Assembly: GCA_951406725.2 (NCBI GenBank)
Contig: OX597817.1
Location: 21,638,001 to 21,702,000 of the forward strand
DNA length: 64,000 nucleotides
Reading direction: 5' to 3'
Origin: Octopus vulgaris
Taxonomy: Eukaryota
A program made the position numbers and the translations under genes. Below the pieces are notes generated by a model. That model made no database searches, was not told the DNA's origin, and was given only the letters and a program-made list of their open reading frames with translations. Position 1 is the first letter of the stretch. Every line of letters starts with the position of its first letter. Shown here piece by piece: positions 56,597 through 64,000 of the stretch.

Positions 56597-57834
56597 TATA
56601 TACATACGCACACACACACACACAGTTGAAATTTTCAGAAAAAAGATGAGGAAAGTTGTATGAATAAGAAGCATAGTATATTTTATTCTATTCTATTACT
56701 TCCTGGAAATTTTTGGTAATAAATTTTAAAGTCTACTTTAAAGACATCAGATTAAACCTAAGAATGCCCAGAGAATTAAGGAATTAATATGGCAAAATAA
56801 TAAAGGTTAGTCCATATGTGTCTCTCAATATCCCATAATATGCTTATTTAAGTGATTTTTGTGTCAGTATGTAGGGAATATTTTACATTGCCACCTTAAG
56901 GCATAGTGTTTTTATATAGAAAATTAAGAATTTCTGTTGCTTCTTTCACACACCCACACATGTTATATGCTGCTGGTGGTTATTTTATTTCCAGATCGTT
57001 CATGTGTTAAATCCATGACCTCTCCCTCCTTCTTCGCGTTTTTCTGTGTTTTTTTTCAGAAATGCAGCGGCCTACACTGTTTTAACCAATTTTCTTTTTC
57101 ATCTACTTTAATATATTTTAACTAATTCGATCTCCATTTTTTGAAGATCAAGTTTTTCCATAGATATTGTTTGAAGTGACGTAAACCAAGCACAGAATGG
57201 TAACATACCGATTTAAACAAATATTGTGACTTGAATATCCATGGAGTTTTGTTCCTTCTCTACACTCTATAGTCTTTATCAAATACTTTGAGTTTGTCGT
57301 CCTAATAAGCATTTGGATTTGTGCAATACCGTATCTTAAATATATATTTAGTGTTGGAGAACTGCAATTCATAAAGGGACGTATGTTAATCAATTTTAGA
57401 CAATATTAACGTAACTAAATATTTTGTCTATATGTCTTCTGCAATCAACCACATTTCTTCTATCGATTCTTATTTCATTTTGTTAAATTTTCCCTAACTC
57501 ACGATGTCACTATGTCATCTGTTTTGTTAATATTACTATTTCCTCTGATAGCCAACTTATAATGCAAGCGGCATCTCATTGTTTTCCGCCATTCTTTCTG
57601 CAACGGAACCATCATCCACGCGTTTTCTATTTTTATTGAGTAATTATCTCAACCACTGTAGCTAATATGCCAATAGTAATAATGATTGTGATAATAACAA
57701 TTATAATGATAACAACAACAATAACAGTTTTTATAAAATAATAATAATAATGATCATGATAATGATGATGATGATGATGATGATAGTAAAAGTAATGACA
57801 ACAACAACAACAACGATAATAATAATAATAATAA

Positions 57835-57885
57835 TATATAATTCTTTTACACTATATAATTCTTTTACACTATATAATTCTTTTA
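57835..57885. repeat. 18-bp minisatellite (TATATAATTCTTTTACAC), nearly three units, after an ATG/ACA/ATA array
   Basis: Directly visible. Confidence 0.9.
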
Positions 57886-59277
57886 TAAATGGAATAAAGG
57901 CGAAATATTCACGTGCTTTTATTAATTCCAGGTTATTGACAGAGATAATTAAAACTTCTAATCAATTGCCTTTTGGTTTACTCCAGCCCTATACATTTAT
58001 ACGCTGTCTCATTTTATGTAGGATAATGATGAATAGGTTCTTTGTATTTGAATGTGTATGTTAATGTTTTATTTTCAAGGATTTGCATATGCATGTGTGC
58101 GTCTAGGTGCATGACAGTGTTTACGTCTGGGCAATTGATGGATAATAAAATGGAATAATTTTCATGTTAGAGGTGAGAGAAAAGGCAAATGAACAAAAGT
58201 GTCATCAAGGAACAAAAGAAAAGGCTACGTGAGAGCGTAGATTCGCGGGAGAATGATATAAACTAACGTAGCAAAGGCTTTCAGGAAGTAAGCAATAGCA
58301 AAATCCCACAGAGAATAGTTTAATGCAGTGAGAGAGAGAGAGGGAGAGAGATAGAGGAGAGAAATGGGAGAAAAGTAGACAAAGTATAGAGATATAGATA
58401 TTGTCATGAAAAGTAAGCGAGAGAAAATGAGTGGTGAAGGAAGATAAGGACTGAATGAGAAGCGAAAATAGAGGCTAAGGGAGGGAAACTGCAAATGAAA
58501 AATATGTTATAGTAAATGAATTATTATAGGAGACGATGAAGTTAAAAATTAATTGAGAGTGGGTAGTGATACTTCATAAGAGATGAGAGAAATGATTACT
58601 AAAAAATAAAGAGAATGAAAGGAGAAGGATTAGAATATCAGTAAACAAAACAGGAGATATGGTTATGAGTTTTATTATAATATTAAGATTTTGTGTGTTG
58701 TTTTTATTATTCAGTCACCCTTCGGTTATTTCCGAATAAATATTTTCTCAATAAATCTGCAGAAGTTGTCTAGGCTTTCATTTCAAATTTACAAACTAAG
58801 AAAACAAGTTAATTAAGAAGTCCCATATTTAGAACAAATTTGAATAGATACCATTTCATGAAGACTTTAAATTAAATATTTAGGCATATTGATTCTTACC
58901 AACATTCACTGTAGATGCAAACACTAGAAGTCGAAATAGCAATATTTCATGATCGCCTTATCTACGGTGGTACCATTAGGAACTACTTCTTCCAGATTCC
59001 TCCGTCTAAAGATTGCAATCGAGATGAAACTCGAGTTAAGCGCGGTGTTAAACCACTTGAGCTTACGTGTGCGTATGTATGTGAGTATAAAATATAAGGA
59101 AATTTATATGAGTCAAAACTGAATACTTTGTATTGTGACACACTTTTTCTCTAGGTTGAAGAATTTGTGTACGAGAATACATTCTATCAACGCATGCCTT
59201 AATGTTAACACATCATGCATTATAGCCGGACTCACATTAGCTATTTCCAGCTATGACCGTATGTGTATATATAATAT

Positions 59278-60116
<839 letters not shown>

Positions 60117-60322
60117 CAAAGCACTTTAACGGAATCCAAAGGGAACCATCTAAAGATTTGTTCTCAAGCATTAATTCAACACGCCAAGAATGTCACTCTA
60201 GCGTTATTACTTGTATTAATAATTTTTACTGTATTCCAGCCTTTTTTTACGCTGGGCCACTTGGTGTTTTGAATTGATGTTATTAATTAATATACAATTT
60301 TTTTCACCCTTATTGTGATTTG

Positions 60323-60358
<36 letters not shown>

Positions 60359-60882
60359 TAGAATATTCTATAATTATAAACATAATTATAAAGAGGGGTC
60401 AGCTAATTGCGTCGCCACGCACCTAATTTATAAATAGGTGTTAAATGCGTTTTCTACCCGCAAAAAGTCTCCCTTTTCCCCAGGCAAAAAGAAAAAATAA
60501 TGAATCCATATGACTCAGATTATCTACATACGAGTGTCGAGATTAAAGTAAAGCTATATTTACTTACTTATTTCTCATCTTCTGTGCAGCATTTACAAAT
60601 ATAAATTTGAGAGCGTTAGGATTACATATGTATGCGATCAAACGCCATCGCATAACTGATATTCAACCAACACTTACAAATATATACTGCCGAATGTGAA
60701 CAGATATTTCGCCTCAATACCCACGTGTGTGCTACGAGCAATCCCGCAGAAACTGCAGTTTTTGGTCAGGACGTAAATTATAATTTCAATAACAAAAACG
60801 TAAAATGAATCTATCAAATAATCAATCAATCAAGCAAGCAATCAATTGATTAATTTTACACTTTTATTATTATGTATGTATG

Positions 60883-60954
<72 letters not shown>

Positions 60955-61018
60955 GATATAGATATAGTTATATAGATATATATAGCTATATATATACATA
61001 CATATATATATTTATATA

Positions 61019-61076
<58 letters not shown>

Positions 61077-61182
61077 TATATCTACATACATATATAATAT
61101 ATTATATATTATATATATATATATATATATATGGCGGTGCCCCAGCATGGCCACAGCTCATTAGCTGAAACTGGAAAAATCA

Positions 61183-61233
<51 letters not shown>

Positions 61234-62198
61234 GTATATATGTGTGTGTGTGTATGTGCGCGTGTATGTGTTCCAATCAAAAATTAGTTTTGTATCATGT
61301 GAAGGGTCCGCAATGTTTAAGTGATTTCTGGCCTTATGCCAGTTCTTGAAATTAATATTACTTGACCCTTAGTGAACACAGAGTGTAGAAGAGACTAATA
61401 AAAGTAAACTGTCCAATAACATAGATTGTATGAAGAATCTAATTAAAGAACTAACACTCTCTAACCGCTTTATATTTTTCATTACATATTTCACTATGGG
61501 TTTAAGAAGATAACGGATGGCTGCGCGCATAAAGGTGATGGATAAAAGGGATTAATGAACTTCGCATATTAAGTCCCACTGACATTTATAGAAAGAAAAT
61601 TATTTCGAATAAATGCACATTTGCCTTTAAATAACTGTTGTGTAACTGATATTGCAACATAACTGTCAGATGATAATTTAATAGGCGACATTAACCTAAG
61701 CGACTATAAAGGGTGAATGAGAAATATGAAATATGAAGCAGGCGTACCCACGCACACACACGCCTACTCACTCACTCACATTCACATATACACACACAAA
61801 AATAGAAACACACATACGCACGCAAGAATATGGACAGCCCTACGTATAAACAAACGCGTACACATAAAGTGACAATCACAAATGCTCATAGTTATTCTCC
61901 CAAAATAAATTTTTGCAGCGACATCTGGTTATATCCGGGTGAATCTATGCATGTGGCATAAATATGGATAGTTTTAATTTAATAACATGTATACATATAC
62001 ACAGCCAATAATGTGTTCTAAAATGTTTACATGTGTATATTTTCAGTTAATCTGAAAAATTAACAAAATATATGTGTTTGTGAATGTGTGCGTATGTAAG
62101 CATGCGCGTGTCTGTGAGTGAATATGTGTGTGATTGTGTGCATATTTATGCATTCACACACACACATACATGCACACATTCATATTTACATGTATATT

Positions 62199-62431
62199 TA
62201 TTTCTTTACTACCCACATGGGGCTAAACACAGAGGGGACAAACAAGGACAGACAAACGGATTAAGTCTATTATATCGACCCCAGTGCGTAAACTGGTACT
62301 TAATTTATCGACTCCGAGAGGATGAAAGGCAAAGTCGGCCCTGGACGGAATTTGAATTCGGAACGTAACGACAGACGAAATACGGCTACGCATTTCGCCC
62401 AGCGTGCTAACGTTTCTGCCAACTCGCCGCC
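62199..62431 (-). mobile_element. Full-length family-M SINE with Tx1-like tail
   Basis: Colinear with 27118-27349; 16-bp target-site duplication TATTTACATGTATATT. Confidence 0.93.
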
Positions 62432-62934
62432 TATTTACATGTATATTATCAGCTTCGCCATACCTGTTTTCTGATCCTACACCAACAGCACATTTCCTTA
62501 CTATATTCAATCATTCTCTGTGCTTTACGATTTTTTTTACGCTTTTGATTACCTATGTTGCTCTTCCAAGGTACATCTATGCATTGGATTAATAATGTGA
62601 TGTACTTTATTACTCAACACCCAAACATGTGTAAATGATATAATAAATGATCAATGTTAATACCTTCATTTCTCTAATTATTGATGGGCTATGTATATCA
62701 CATTGTATCCTCCGTCAGTTCGCATACGACCTTTCTGATCACGCAACAATACGAGTTTAGTGGAATTAAACTATAAGAGCCGAAATAAGGACAGTAAAAT
62801 GCACACGCATTGAGTAAATCTATTTCTACATATATTTTTTTTCCCGATGGAGCGTTTACCTGTTGAATATAGATTTATTGTCGTAACTAAAGGTTGCACC
62901 TAATTTTAACGGAATAATCATTAACTAGTAATTC

Positions 62935-63062
62935 TTTCTCATTTTGTCTGAAGGCCAATACTTTTCGCAGAGGTGGAAGTCGATAGATTCGATCAAAATA
63001 CTTGACTGGAACCTTATTTTATCGACCCTGAAAGCATGAAGGGAAAACTGCACTCGGCGGTA
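62935..63062 (-). mobile_element. Old family-M SINE fragment
   Basis: ACTGGAACCTTATTTTATCGACCCTGAAAGCATGAAGGGAAAA core. Confidence 0.7.
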
Positions 63063-63685
63063 AATAATAACTATGCAATGTGCATTCAACTTACATATAC
63101 CATAAAACTCTTTGAACACAATTTAATTCAATTTAATACAACGAGCCTGATACGCCTATCCATAGAAGTAACTTTTAAAGGTACCTAGTCTCTAGTAAGA
63201 ATTTTAGCTAATAAATAACATACACAGATGCTGTTTAACAAAATTAATTTCCATTCTTACCTTGTAAAGCTAGAGATAACTGTCTCTAACTATGTAGCCA
63301 TATATGCCACTCACACTTAAAGGAGTCAGTTAGCGAGCAATTAATTCCTAGTTCAATGAATCACAGGAATGAAATAATCTAGAAGTTTATTACTCGGTGT
63401 TTCATAGCTTATAGCTGCTTTGAAACTTGTAAGGGTTGTTACAGCACAGCAGCGATATCTAATATGAGACTTGACACTCACCGATCGCAACAGGAAACAC
63501 TCTGCCGCTCGATAGAGATATGATTGTCCAAGTAGGATATAATGTCTCCCGCAATAACCACTTGAAGAAATACGATAGATCATTTTTTGCGCGTATGGAA
63601 ATTGTTCGGTTTCTCGACCGATTAACCTAACAGTCTTATATACCTAATTGTACATCGTATCCTCTCCTCCACATTGACTCAGGTT

Positions 63686-63734
<49 letters not shown>

Positions 63735-64000
63735 TACATACATTTAATCCTTTGTACGATAAGATCACAACAGGATTGATGCAAATTCCTACAGTTTAGG
63801 TAAACGAAAATATATGTAGCGTTTACTCTAGAATGTTCATACACACATACATATTTGCTTACATACATACATCCATCAATCAATCTGTAAAATAATGGTT
63901 ATACACATAGATATAGAATCATCTTAATTGCATAGCACAAGAGATTGAAATAATTATGCAATTAACCCTAGTATCTAATTAACCGACTTTAGTAATTAGA

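Noticed and set aside
56985-57100. Acceptor-like sites (TTTCCAG, TTTTCAG) as the next Ig exon
   Set aside because: Phase-0 translation does not give the expected VxW strand or any Ig-like sequence.

Overview
AT-rich, microsatellite-dense animal DNA, most likely an octopod cephalopod (inferred from the SINE repertoire; not confirmed by search). Nearly the whole window looks intronic. The only well-supported host coding segment is a 107-bp + strand exon (32682-32788) encoding the first half of an N-terminal Ig domain of a DIP/lachesin/IgLON-like adhesion protein, possibly preceded by an in-frame 30-nt microexon (28548-28577). The rest is mobile-element debris: Tx1-like LINE 3' ends embedded in microsatellites, back-to-back R4/Dong-like 3' ends, two decayed RTE-clade LINEs (one ending in three C2H2-type fingers), Penelope-type GIY-YIG remnants, short (TA)n-anchored elements with hammerhead-like cores, at least four tRNA-derived SINE families with exchangeable tails, three DINE-1/HINE-like elements and a Tc1/mariner-type MITE. 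Most ORFs in the track are translations of microsatellites. No tRNA, rRNA or CRISPR features. The most promising signal is a set of retroelements sorted by simple-repeat type, plus a SINE whose tail matches a Tx1 LINE 3' end. All alignments were done by eye.
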